A stretch of DNA of 64,000 bases from positions 20,843,292 through 20,907,291 of the forward strand of contig OZ316898.1 of the NCBI GenBank assembly GCA_973895155.1, given 5' to 3'. Both the position numbers and the translations under genes were made by a program. The stretch comes from Marsupella aquatica (taxonomy: Eukaryota; Plantae; Marchantiophyta). Positions 53,973-64,000 of the stretch are shown one piece after another. Within the stretch, counting starts at the first letter, position 1. Each line of letters starts with the position of its first letter. The notes beneath the pieces are model-generated. The model saw nothing but the letters and a program-made list of their open reading frames with translations. It searched no databases and was not told the DNA's origin.

Positions 53973-56900
53973 TCACAACGGCGGTAGGCCGCTTCGCTTA
54001 CGATAGCTTCCAAGGATCTCTGAGGCATTACCCAAATTTTCTTCCGGTTCCCAAGTACTCTCGGCCTGATCATAGCCAGCCCACTTCACCAAATACTCTA
54101 AGATTTGCCTTCCCAATTTGCGTTTGTAACGGTGGTCCAGAATTGCCTCCACCTCAAACTCCTCAGCGTCCTCCACCAGCATGGCGTCCGCACGCAAGAC
54201 CTGATCTCAGTTGGGATCATTGTCTTTGACAAACTTCTTGAGCCGGCTAACATGGTAGCTTTTGCCCACGCCCATTTCCTTGGGTGTCTCCAACACCACC
54301 AAAACCAGATTATCCTTGTGGGCCCACCGTATGATGCGGTAGGGCCCTGCATATATGGGAGCCAGCTTCCTACTTATGTTCCCGTGGTATTGTTCAGGTC
54401 TCAACTACAACCAGACGCTCTCCCCAATTTCAAAGCTTACCTGGCGTCGATGTTTATCCCCTTGTTCCTTGTACCGACTTTGGGCAAGGGTCATACCCTT
54501 GGTAGCCGCTTCCACAACTAGGCGCCGCTCTCGAATAAAATCGTCCGCAGAAGGAACCTTGCTTTTCGTCCGCCAAGCTTTCGGATTTATAAACCAGGAG
54601 GGCGCCATTGGCATCCTCCCTATGGCCAACACAAACGGCGCAAACCCTGTCGCCGAATGCTTGGTCAAGTTATACCTCAACTCGGCCATTGTTAAATGCT
54701 TTGCCCAATCCTTTTGATTGGCCGTCACAAAGTGACGCAAGTAGTCCTCTATGATACCATTAACCCGTTCCATTTGACCATCTGTCTCATGATGATACGT
54801 TGATCCCCTAGTCAGGTCCGTTCCGGATAACCGGAACAACGCCTTCCAGAAGTGGCCCGTGAACTTGGTATCGCGATCGGACAGGATATGCAACAGCAAT
54901 CCCCATTGTCGAAAGACATTGTCAAACACTAGACCGACAACCTCTCGGGCCGAAACCATCTTCGTAGTAGGCAAGAAATACGTCATCTTGGAAAAACGAT
55001 CCACGATTGTTAAGATGGAGTTACTGCCGTGGGACTCAGGTAACCCAACAATGAAGTCCATGGAGATAGACTCCCATGGAGCCGCAACTACTGGTAAGGG
55101 TTGCAGCAGTCCTCCTTTTGCCCTATAGACCGTTCGGTTCTTTTGGCACGAGTAACAACTTTGCACGTGTTGAAGGACCGATTGCTTCATGTCCGGCCAA
55201 TACACATCTTGCAACATGCGATACGTAGCGACTTGTCCTCCATGCCCTCCCCAGGGCGAGTTGTGGTACTTTTGCAGAACCTCTAACCTGAGAGACTCAG
55301 GTATGTACACACGCCTCTACTTGTATCGCCATAACTGGACATTATGCGTCGTATCCAACCCCAACGATACGTGCCTTACCCTGCCTTGGCTACCCCCATT
55401 GCTTAGCCACTTCTTAGCTAACCTGTCATCCCCATACGCTGCGGCTAGAACCTTTGGCCACTCGGATTCAAGCATCGTGATCCCGTTGACACGATGTTGG
55501 TCCTTACGCGATAACGCGTCAGCTGCCGTATTCGTCTTCCCTGGAACGTGGTGGACTTCAAAATCAAAATCCGCCAAGAACATCTTCCAGCGCATTTCCT
55601 TAGGGTTCAGTCTTGGCTTAGAACTCAAATACCCGGCCGGCGAGCTATCTGTGTGGATTACCACCTTGGGACCGTTCTTAAGGTAAATCTCCCACTTCTT
55701 TAACGCGTAGATCACAACATGCATTTCCCTTTCTGGCGTGATCCAATGATTTTCCAACTTACATGACTCGAAGGCCATAGGACGCCCATCTTGGTAAAGA
55801 CAGGCGCCAATGGCATAATCACTTGCGTCTGTCCAAATCTCGAACGGCTTCCCCATCTCAGGTAACTTTAGAACCGACGGCGTTAACATTAACCACTTAA
55901 GCTCTAGGAATGCTAACTCGCAATCCTGTGTCCACACAAACACTTTGTTTTTCAACGTTAGCGCATTTAGGAGCCTTATGATCCTTGCATAGTCTTTCAC
56001 GTATCTCCGATAGAACCCCATAAATCCTAAGAAGACCCTAAACTTGCCTTACATTGGACGGGCGCTCCCATTCTTTGATCTCCTTAAGCTTGTCCTGACT
56101 AGGCGTAATCCCTTCCGGGGTAAAGGTATGGCCGAGGAACTGAATCTCGTTCATCGCAAACTCGCACTTGCTAGGTTTAGCAAAGAGACGAGCCTTGCGA
56201 AGGCGAGAGAACACTTCTCTGAGCAACTGCTCATGTTCCTCCAACGTTTTCGAGTAGATTAAGATGTCATCAATAAAGACGACCACTCCTTGGTCCAACA
56301 AGTCATGGAAGATGGTATTCATCATCTTCATGAACATTGCGGTTGCGTTACACAACCCGAACGGCATAACCAAAAACTCATAGGATCCGAACCTTGTGCG
56401 CATTGCGGTCTTATACTCGTCTCCCTTAGCCATGCGGATCTGGTAATACCCGGACTGCAAGTCCACCTTTGAAAACTTCCTAGCCCCAGAGAGGCAATCG
56501 AAGAAGTCATCCATATGAGGTAACGGGTACTTGTTCTTTATCGTTTGGTTATTGAGCGCCCGGTAATCTGCGCACAATCTCAAAGTACCATCCTTTTTGG
56601 ACACAAACAGTGCGGGCGCCCCGTAAGGACTCTTACTGGGGCGAATGAACCCTTGGTCAATCAACTCTTCCAAGGCATTCTTTAACATCATTCGCTTGTT
56701 CAGGTTCAGACGATAGGAGCTTTAGCCTGAGGAGCCGATCCTGGCTCCAACTCAACTTGGTGATCCACTTCTCTTCTTAGGGGTAAACCTTTAGGTAGCT
56801 TCTGCAAGAGCACATCGTTGAATTTTTCTAGAATTTCAGGAATTCTACCGCAGTCGAGCCCGACCTTAGCTGACTTGACCTTTGGCTGCGACGCAGCCTC

Positions 56901-59054
56901 CTTAGTTGGGTGGAGATGAAAGAAGAAACATTCATGTCCACCCTTGAAGTCTTTCCACCATTGCTTCGCCGATACACACGGAGACAACCACAACACTTTA
57001 CTTACTTTGAGAAATCTTTCTTTATTTTCGGTAACTTTGTGTACAACGATGGGCTCACCGCCCTTATTGGGAAAATAGAGCACCTCACCCCCCGGTTTCA
57101 AGGTAACATTGTGCTTTCTGAGATAACCTACCGACAAAATAAAGTCTACAGCTAGACCGTCTAGAACGTAGAACATCTCTTGACTAACAAAATTTTACTG
57201 TTCGTCTATGACCTCTACTCAAAGTCTATGTACCACTCTCGACACTATCCCTTTCGTGTCGTTGGCGAACTTGCACACTAACGGTTGTAGCAACTCTTGC
57301 ACGTCCACCCCAAGACGTGCTGCCGCCTGCACACTTATGAAGCAGGCGATCACGCCTGTATCCACCAGAGCCACACCCAGATTACCGTTAGAAGTGACAT
57401 TCACAAAAATCAGTTTTTCAGGATCCATTGTCTTAACTTTAGGTATCTTCTCTCGCAACAACGTCCCCTCACTAGAAGGAACGTCCCCTACAGGGACCTT
57501 GTCAGCTACTATCGGTTAGAGCGATACTTACCTTAATGCTCTTCTGCCCTCCACCATCTCCACTTGGCTTGCCACTTTTTGTGGAACAACCCTTACTTTG
57601 ATAGCCCATGGCACCACATGTGAAGCATGAACCTTCCGCCCGCCTCTGCTCCACGAGTGCCTGCTTCTTTGCTTTCTGCGCCGATGAGGCTCCTTTCTTG
57701 AAGTTGCTGGCCTTCCGGTTTCGCTTAGCTTCTCCATTCTGGGGCTGGGGTTCCGAACCACCGGCCCCCGCCCCCTCAGGCTGCTTATGCTTATTCCTGG
57801 GACCTTTTGCTTTACCAGCTTCCCCCTCGGATCCCTTGCCTCCCACCTTTGCCAAGTCCGGTCGGTTATTCACCAACGTAGTGGCCTTGTCGAAGGCGTC
57901 AAAAAGCGTTTTGAACTCATGACGCTTTTCCTGTAAAGTTGTGAAGCTGTGTATGCAGGGTCTCTTATCCCGTCGGGATACACGCCAACTGATTTTGGTA
58001 ATAAGTGATGAACTTTTGGATATCACTCCTGAAGCTCATCTCCGTTACACATTTCCGAGCGTGCCGCTCTGGGTACTTAGTGGTGACATGATCACGGAAT
58101 CCCTCAACCAGGTTTTTCCCAAGTTAACGGCAAGGAGGAGTCTTCCCTCGACTTCTTCCATGACTTGTACCAAGTCAAGGCATAGTCCTTCAGGTAAGGA
58201 GCAGCTGCGGTAGCCCAAGTGGATTGCTCAACACACGCTAGGAGATGAATCTCCATCGTGGCGAGCCAATTGAGGAACTTTTGTCCACTTTGTTCATAGG
58301 CCCCGTCGTAAGTTGGAGGAGTCGGTAGCTGGTTCACTTGGAACATACTCCGTCCAACTACCATTCCTCCCTCGGGATGCGTCGCATTCTGACTACCCAG
58401 ACTAAGTAAGTACTTAATCTAGGCCCCCTTGTTGTGTTTCAACTGCTCGTAGATAAGTCGTTGGTCTTGAGTCAACGGACCCAGACCGTCGTCAGTGGCT
58501 GGGTCCTTGCAGGTTGTATGAGGACGGTCCTCCAACCGTCTTTCCTTTGCGGGCCGCCTATCCTTAGGTTCTCTTGTGGATTTTGGTGATACCCCCCGCG
58601 TCTTGCGAGCACCATGACCTCCCGGGGCTGAGGCATCACCCACATCGCCCTGGTTTCCCTTGGTCAAATTATCCACGATGACGTTCGGCTCAACATCATC
58701 CTCTAGTTCCGCATTCAACCCTCTCAAGGCTGGGATCAATTCCTCCTCTGGGTCCTGACCCTCTTCCTCTGTCTCAGCTTCAGCCTCGTTGTCGCTTCCA
58801 TTTGTGCCGGAATCGTCATCATCCGACCCATCCTCCGAAGGATCAGCCACCTCCTTCCCTTTAAGTTGACGGCGCTCTGCACTTGACTTGTTCGCCGCAG
58901 CGGTCGACGGTTTGGTCGTTGCATCTTCTTCATCCTGCTTGTAGCGTTCGTCTAGGGAAGTCGATCCGTCCTCCTTCTGTTCATCTTGAACTTGGGCTCT
59001 CCCCTTGGTGGGGGGAGCCTGCTTGCCACTCTTTGCACGAGTGTTTTTTGCCAT
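53973..59054 (-). pseudogene. Gypsy gag-pol pseudogene with C-terminal chromodomain
   Basis: Gag PTYDG..FLNWLATME; knuckle CFTCGAMGYQSKGC; protease ALVDTG; RT SPYGAPALFVSKKDG, MPFGLCNA, FIDD; RH TDASDYAIGA; IN HNSPWGGH..CYSC, SMDF, SDRD, DGQMERVN, GPY; chromodomain FEVEAILDHR..YLVKWAGY..STWEPEENL. Many stops and frameshifts. Confidence 0.95.
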
Positions 59055-60158
59055 GTTCCCAGCGACCGAATCTGCCCGCAATCGACCCGCCGGGCACGTT
59101 GAAGCACTAAGTCCCCGCAAAAATCCGTTAAGAATTTTGGATTCCGACTTAGCACAATCCCGGCCCGGTGTCTATGCCAGCAATCACTCTGATACCACAA
59201 GTGGGTGGTGGATCTAGCCACCCAGCGCCCTCACCAATCCCAACACTCACGCCTAAGTGCCCTTGGTGCCCGAACGCCTCCACGAAATACCTCAAGCAAG
59301 CACCCTAGTGCCCCTTGCACCTCCAGCGGCCCCTCCCATACGAAGCCGCACTTGCTCTCCTACACGATCGCTACTCAACGGTCCCCACTGTCTGCACAAG
59401 CCACCACGTACCTCGGTAAGTAACCCTTCAGGATCTAGAACTCGCCAAGTCTAGCATCCTAACTCAAGCTCAACAGACGTTGGTAAATAGGTCAGCGATA
59501 GGTCCTCCCGATGCCATAAGCCGGAACCAGAATCCACGCCCACTGTCCGTCCACGACAGCTCCTTTTTTGGGCGTGGCCCGGGTTCCCCCTTGTACCTAT
59601 CCATCACCAACTGACCGTCCTGAGCCCAGGACATGCTCATGGCCCAATTAGCATAGCTTGTCCCAAAGCTTGTCCCAACACGTCGGGACCACAACGGCCC
59701 CAACTCTAGCAATCACTCCCGGTTTGCTCCACCGACGGTCCAGGGGCCAAGCACCCCGGGGACTCAGCCTCCATACCTACTTGGCCTTGCCTCCCCAATG
59801 CAAGCTCCCTTGGGAGACTGAACGTGGTTCAGCTGCTGTTCGGCAGATTTGGCAAGCGGGCGAGCTAACACCCGCCAACCACGAGAACCCACGGCACCCG
59901 CAGACCCAGCTAAGCTCAAGAGGGCGTAGCCCTTCTCAAGAGCTTTCCAACGAACCCAAGAAGTCCTCCAATGGACTTCCCGTTGGGAAGATATCGCCAT
60001 TTCCGTTTGGCGGGTTCTCTTAGTGTCGCGACCGCCGCGGCTCACGACTTCGGCTCGCCCTTAGCCCCCAGGGAGACACCACTCCCCTCATATATGCTTC
60101 TGGAAACCTGCCACCCCAAGACCAGTTTTGGCCTCTAAACATTTGGCCCCCAACCCGG

Positions 60159-62802
60159 TGTCGTCGGGATGGATAATAGAGGTAAGGAAGTGAAGGCCTT
60201 ATTCTCGAGTTGGAAATATTTGGTGAAGGGATTCAGTTTAGGAGTGAGTTTTGTTATGTTCGAGAAAGTTCAAAAAGACAAAAGAGGAATAAAACAAGTG
60301 AAAGTTGAATCTTAGACTTAAGGAAATAGAGACAATTATTGTGGTTGAGACACCTGGCATCCTGTGAGCACATTTCATAAGGGTCAGATTCAAAGTGAGA
60401 CGCGAAGAGGAGGATCGGGAGGAAAATAACGGCCAATCGAAGAAGGAAGTTAGAAAGGAAGTTTGCGAGGAGAAGAGGAGGGAGAGTGAGGCGCAATGAG
60501 GTTCGGAAGGGAGGTAAGGGGAACGACCGAACATTGGCAGAGCGTCGTGTGGTTATTGGGAGATTTGGGAAGTGAATGAAAAAGGGGAAGTGCTGCCGAT
60601 CGTAAGAGCTGTTGGGAGATCTTTGGAGTGGACAAGCTATATTCGGTGGAGAAGAATGGATGCAGCAGGGATGAATTTTTTTGGGGGAATTTTGGAGTGA
60701 AGGCTGTTGTACGCGATGGAGGTTCGAAGAAGGTGAGAACAAAGCAGTCGAATATTGACAGTTTCATTTAAGAGATTATTCGTGGAATGATTGGGAAGAA
60801 AAGATGACAAGTGCGCGAGCGGCGGAACGTGGGAGCTGTGTGGAGGATTTTCTCGAATGAACAAGGAGAGGAACGAGGCTGGTCGCATTAGGGAATCCAG
60901 AGAAGAACGATGGCCGACTGAAAGAGATTGAAGGTCATGGCAGAATTGAGTTTTCTTGCCCGTTTTCTAATGGAAGCTGATGGTCAAAAGTGATTTGGTT
61001 GAGAGGAGAGGGAAGCGCCTGAAAGTGGACAGTAAATCGATAAGGAGTAGCATACTGGTGACTTGGAGTGACACGGATATGGAGAGGAATTCAAGGACGG
61101 AAGTTGAGAAAAGAGAAGTGAAAATGTGACTGTGAGTTCAGAGGGAAAGAGAAGAGGGTAATTCAAAAACCAAGCAATGGGCTGAGGCGCGCGATGGAGG
61201 TTCGGGGAGGTGAGGAGAAGCTGTAAAGATCGAGTACCAATGAGGTGATGTGGTGAATTTTCTGGTTAAAGCTCTGGCGCTGAAGAAAAGGGTACAAAAC
61301 TTTTACGATGAGACAGAGTCGAGAGTGAGGAGGATTGAGGCGTGATTTCCTTTAATGGTGAAGGATTGAGGTGGAGTAAAGGAAAGATCGGCAGACTAAG
61401 AAGAAATTTTTGGCTGGTCGAGGATAATAAAAACTTAAATTCTGAGTGAGAATGAACAACACTGAACGAGGAGTTTCCAAGGAATGAAATCGTCAGTAGC
61501 GTTCGAAGGGCGAGAGAAGATAAAAACTTACAGCTGCAATGGTAAAAGGGTGATCGAGGTCATTCTTAACTCGACTGTGTTCAGATAAGCGAAGGGCGGC
61601 GTTGAAGAGAGGATTCTCGGATGAAACAGGAGGTAGTGGAGGCTGAATTCAAGATGGAGGCCAGGCAATCGTGGATCTCAGATGGAGTCTGGGAGTTCTA
61701 ATGAAGAAATAGAGATATAGGAAGAGTTGCGTGCGTCATCGTGGAGGTTGAGAAAATTTTCTTAAAGTTCATAGGAGAAAGAGGCTACGGCTGTGGATCG
61801 ACGTCAGTGAAGGCTTGGAAGTTAGAATTGATCGGGAGCTGAGAAAATGAAAAAGGAAATCGAGTGCTGAGATGTAGAAGGCTGTGGAACTTGAAATTCG
61901 TGTTTTACAGAGGACCTTGAAAAAGCGATGGACGTTGTTGAACGGAGATTAAAACAAGGGAATGTTGTGCGCAAGACAGGGGAAAAGCAATTTTGAAGCT
62001 TAGTGTAAAAGTAGGGAACCAGACCTAAAGTAAATAAATTATAAACTAGAGGAAGGAAGTAGAGATGGCAGGGAGAAAATTTTTCCTCCTTTGGGATTGG
62101 GAAGACAAGGAGATGGGGCAGGAAAGAAAGAATTATAGAGTGCTTAAAAAGGAGGAAAAGGAAGCCGAAAAGGAAGAAGCAAAACGACGTTTGAAGTTAT
62201 GTAGTGAGTGCCTTGGATTAACAATTGATGATTAGCTAAGCAACCGTGAATAAGACCAGCTGAACCTGACCTTGAGACCTGACCTGACCTGAGTCGAGGC
62301 CTGTATGAGGAAGAGCCGACAATGATGACTTTGTAGACTACAAAGATGTTGTAATTTCGAAACCTTAAAAGGGTTTAAAATGAATAAAAAGGAGAAGAAA
62401 TAAAAAAGAGTGTTTCTGAAAAGTCTTGGATGTTGCAAAAGTGTTGTGAATAGATTGAGTGAATTCTAGCTATCCTGAAAACAAGAAATAAGAATAAGCG
62501 TTGAAAATTAATTTGACATGATTGATTTTAAGGAGTGAACTAAAACAAATTTTGTTAAAACATCTATTATCTACAAAAAGCACCCTAGCTTAAACCAATA
62601 AGGAATAGAATGAATGAATAGAGAAAATTGTTTGTTTTAAAGAAGCTAAAATACAAAAGGAAAAATTATGCCAAATAGAACCTCTTAACTCGAATTGAAA
62701 CACATTAAGAAAACTGATACACGTGTGATTAAAAGAAAGTAAGAAAGTCCCTAAAATATAAGAAACTAGTATTTCATACCGCCATTAACGGTTCCCCGGA
62801 CA
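60159..62802 (-). mobile_element. 2.64-kb nested insertion with TGTC..GACA ends and CCGG direct repeat; decayed tyrosine-recombinase-like coding region
   Basis: CCGG at 60155-60158 and 62803-62806, with an abrupt switch to purine-rich composition between them. Minus-strand fragments include STAFYISAL, SSLALRT, SPHL/RTSIA, THS, SAIVLLWIP/MRP, SHLLRTSIA and HSKDL/NSSYD. The boundaries are fairly well supported; the YR identity is inferred from motifs across frameshifts. Confidence 0.6.
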
Positions 62803-63335
62803 CCGGATCCCATCGCGCATAATGGGCGTGCTACCAACTGGCAACGCCCATAACTTACTCGTTAGGCATCCGCAAGCGGAGTGCCTTAGCCCGTTGTGAC
62901 CGGGCCGACCCAGTGAACATGCCTAGGCCCCCAGGTCCGATTGCCGCTCGGGGCCCCCGACCGGCCCAACCCGGCTCGAGCCATAACTTGTGCCCCAAGC
63001 GTCCGTTGCCCATGGCGTCAACTCCATTGGCCTTGGGCCCAAAAGAAGCTCACACTCAAGTCCTCAAAACTCAAAGTCCATCCGGAGGTCCGAACGACCA
63101 TCCTTGAGCTCGGCCCCTTTTCCCTTGACCCAACCAGCCATCAGCTCATCCAAGTCCTTAGTGTGTGCCCCTAGCCAGACTCGATGCCTCGCCAGTGCCA
63201 TGTCTCATTGCCCACAAGTCTCCCCATGCTAAGTCCTCCCTGGATGGCCTATCCGGGCCTGGACCATAAGGGAGCTCGGCGTCGGAGTCAGCGACGCCGG
63301 AGCTGAGTGTTAAGGTAGTCGAGTTTCGCGACTTG

Positions 63336-63629
63336 TTGCCGATCACGGAAAAATAAACTATTTTTCCAACGGATCACCATAGGGGCCCAAGAATCCCCAC
63401 ATGAGCCCGATCATGGGGCCGCATATTTCTCGGCCAACGGACCCAGTGGCCAAAAGTTATGGCCGACTCAAGCCGCATACTTGTAGTTTGGGCCCGTTGC
63501 CGATCACGGAAAAAATGAACTATTTTTCCAACGGATCACCATAGGGGCCCAAGAAGCCCCACATGAGCCCGATCATGGGGCCGCATATTTTTTGGCCAAC
63601 GGATCTAGGGGCCAAAAGTTATGGCCGAT
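63336..63629 (+). repeat. 162-bp tandem repeat, about 1.8 units (right part of the array split by the gypsy insertion)
   Basis: Same unit as 52920-53452, resuming at ttgccgatcacgg immediately after the LTR end. Confidence 0.95.
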
Positions 63630-63810
63630 TTAGACTCGATTAGAGTCGTCGCGTATCGATGGACCAAGAGGGGGTTGCCTGGATCAGAGCGGGTTTAGGG
63701 CCGCAACTTTTAGCCCCTTATGCCACAATTTGTGCTTGAGGCCAAGTTACGGAAGGTTTTCGATTATCTTCGTTTCGAGCTAAGTGGCAGGGCCCACGGA
63801 CCCTCGGATA

Positions 63811-63883
63811 GGGGGCCAAAGATAGGGGACCAAAGCTGGTCCGGGGGTGGCAGGTCCCCAGAAGCATATATGAGGGGAGTGGT
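63811..63883 (+). repeat. Fragment homologous to the gypsy LTR promoter region, in opposite orientation
   Basis: gggggccaaa...ggggtggcaggt..ccagaagcatatatgaggggagtggt matches the reverse complement of 60078-60151. Confidence 0.75.
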
Positions 63884-64000
63884 CCTCTCAAGTTTGAGCT
63901 CGAGCTGATCGCGATCGACGAAGATACGTCATTTTGAGTTTTGAAGCGGAAACAAGCATAACTCGACGACCGGATCTCCGTTGGGGGAGTTCTTGGGCTC

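Larger units (their letters stand above)
53451..63335 (-). mobile_element. Ty3/gypsy chromovirus (Tcn1/Reina-like), 3' LTR truncated
   Basis: The 5' LTR spans 63335-59198 and contains a nested insertion. PBS TGGTATCAGAG at 59197-59187. Domain order gag-PR-RT-RH-IN-chromodomain. PPT AAAGGGGGGG at about 53547-53538. The 3' LTR remnant 53535-53451 matches 63335-63251. Confidence 0.93.

Noticed and set aside
62065-62235. Plus-strand E/K-rich 56-aa ORF within the nested insertion
   Set aside because: Probably a by-product of the purine-rich strand; the ordered YR-like motifs are on the minus strand.

Overview
This is eukaryotic land-plant nuclear DNA, probably from a bryophyte or another non-seed plant (inferred from the chromovirus type and an RLE-type non-LTR element). 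The window holds two intact host genes: a single-coding-exon DOMON/cytochrome b561 gene (29739-31076, +) and a 27-exon exocyst SEC8 gene (36699-47954, -). Both sit between TE-rich flanks. The left flank has a decayed retrotransposon-type accessory ORF, two CRE-like RLE non-LTR fragments, a full-length but disabled Ty1/copia element (364-bp LTRs, TSD TCAAA), Mutator and hAT MITEs, and MULE-SWIM and PIF/Pong transposase remnants. The right flank is a nested complex. An outer element carries a long accessory ORF and 162-bp tandem repeats, and part of it is also present as a 1.2-kb inverted copy next to the SEC8 promoter. A chromodomain Ty3/gypsy element with apparently non-canonical CAAG..CTTG LTR ends is inserted into those repeats. 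The strongest candidate for something new is a 2.64-kb insertion (60159-62802) inside the gypsy 5' LTR. It has TGTC..GACA ends and a CCGG direct repeat, and its minus strand reads, across frameshifts, like a tyrosine recombinase with two tandem catalytic modules, suggesting a Crypton-like element. All protein-family calls come from motif recognition by eye; no database searches were run.
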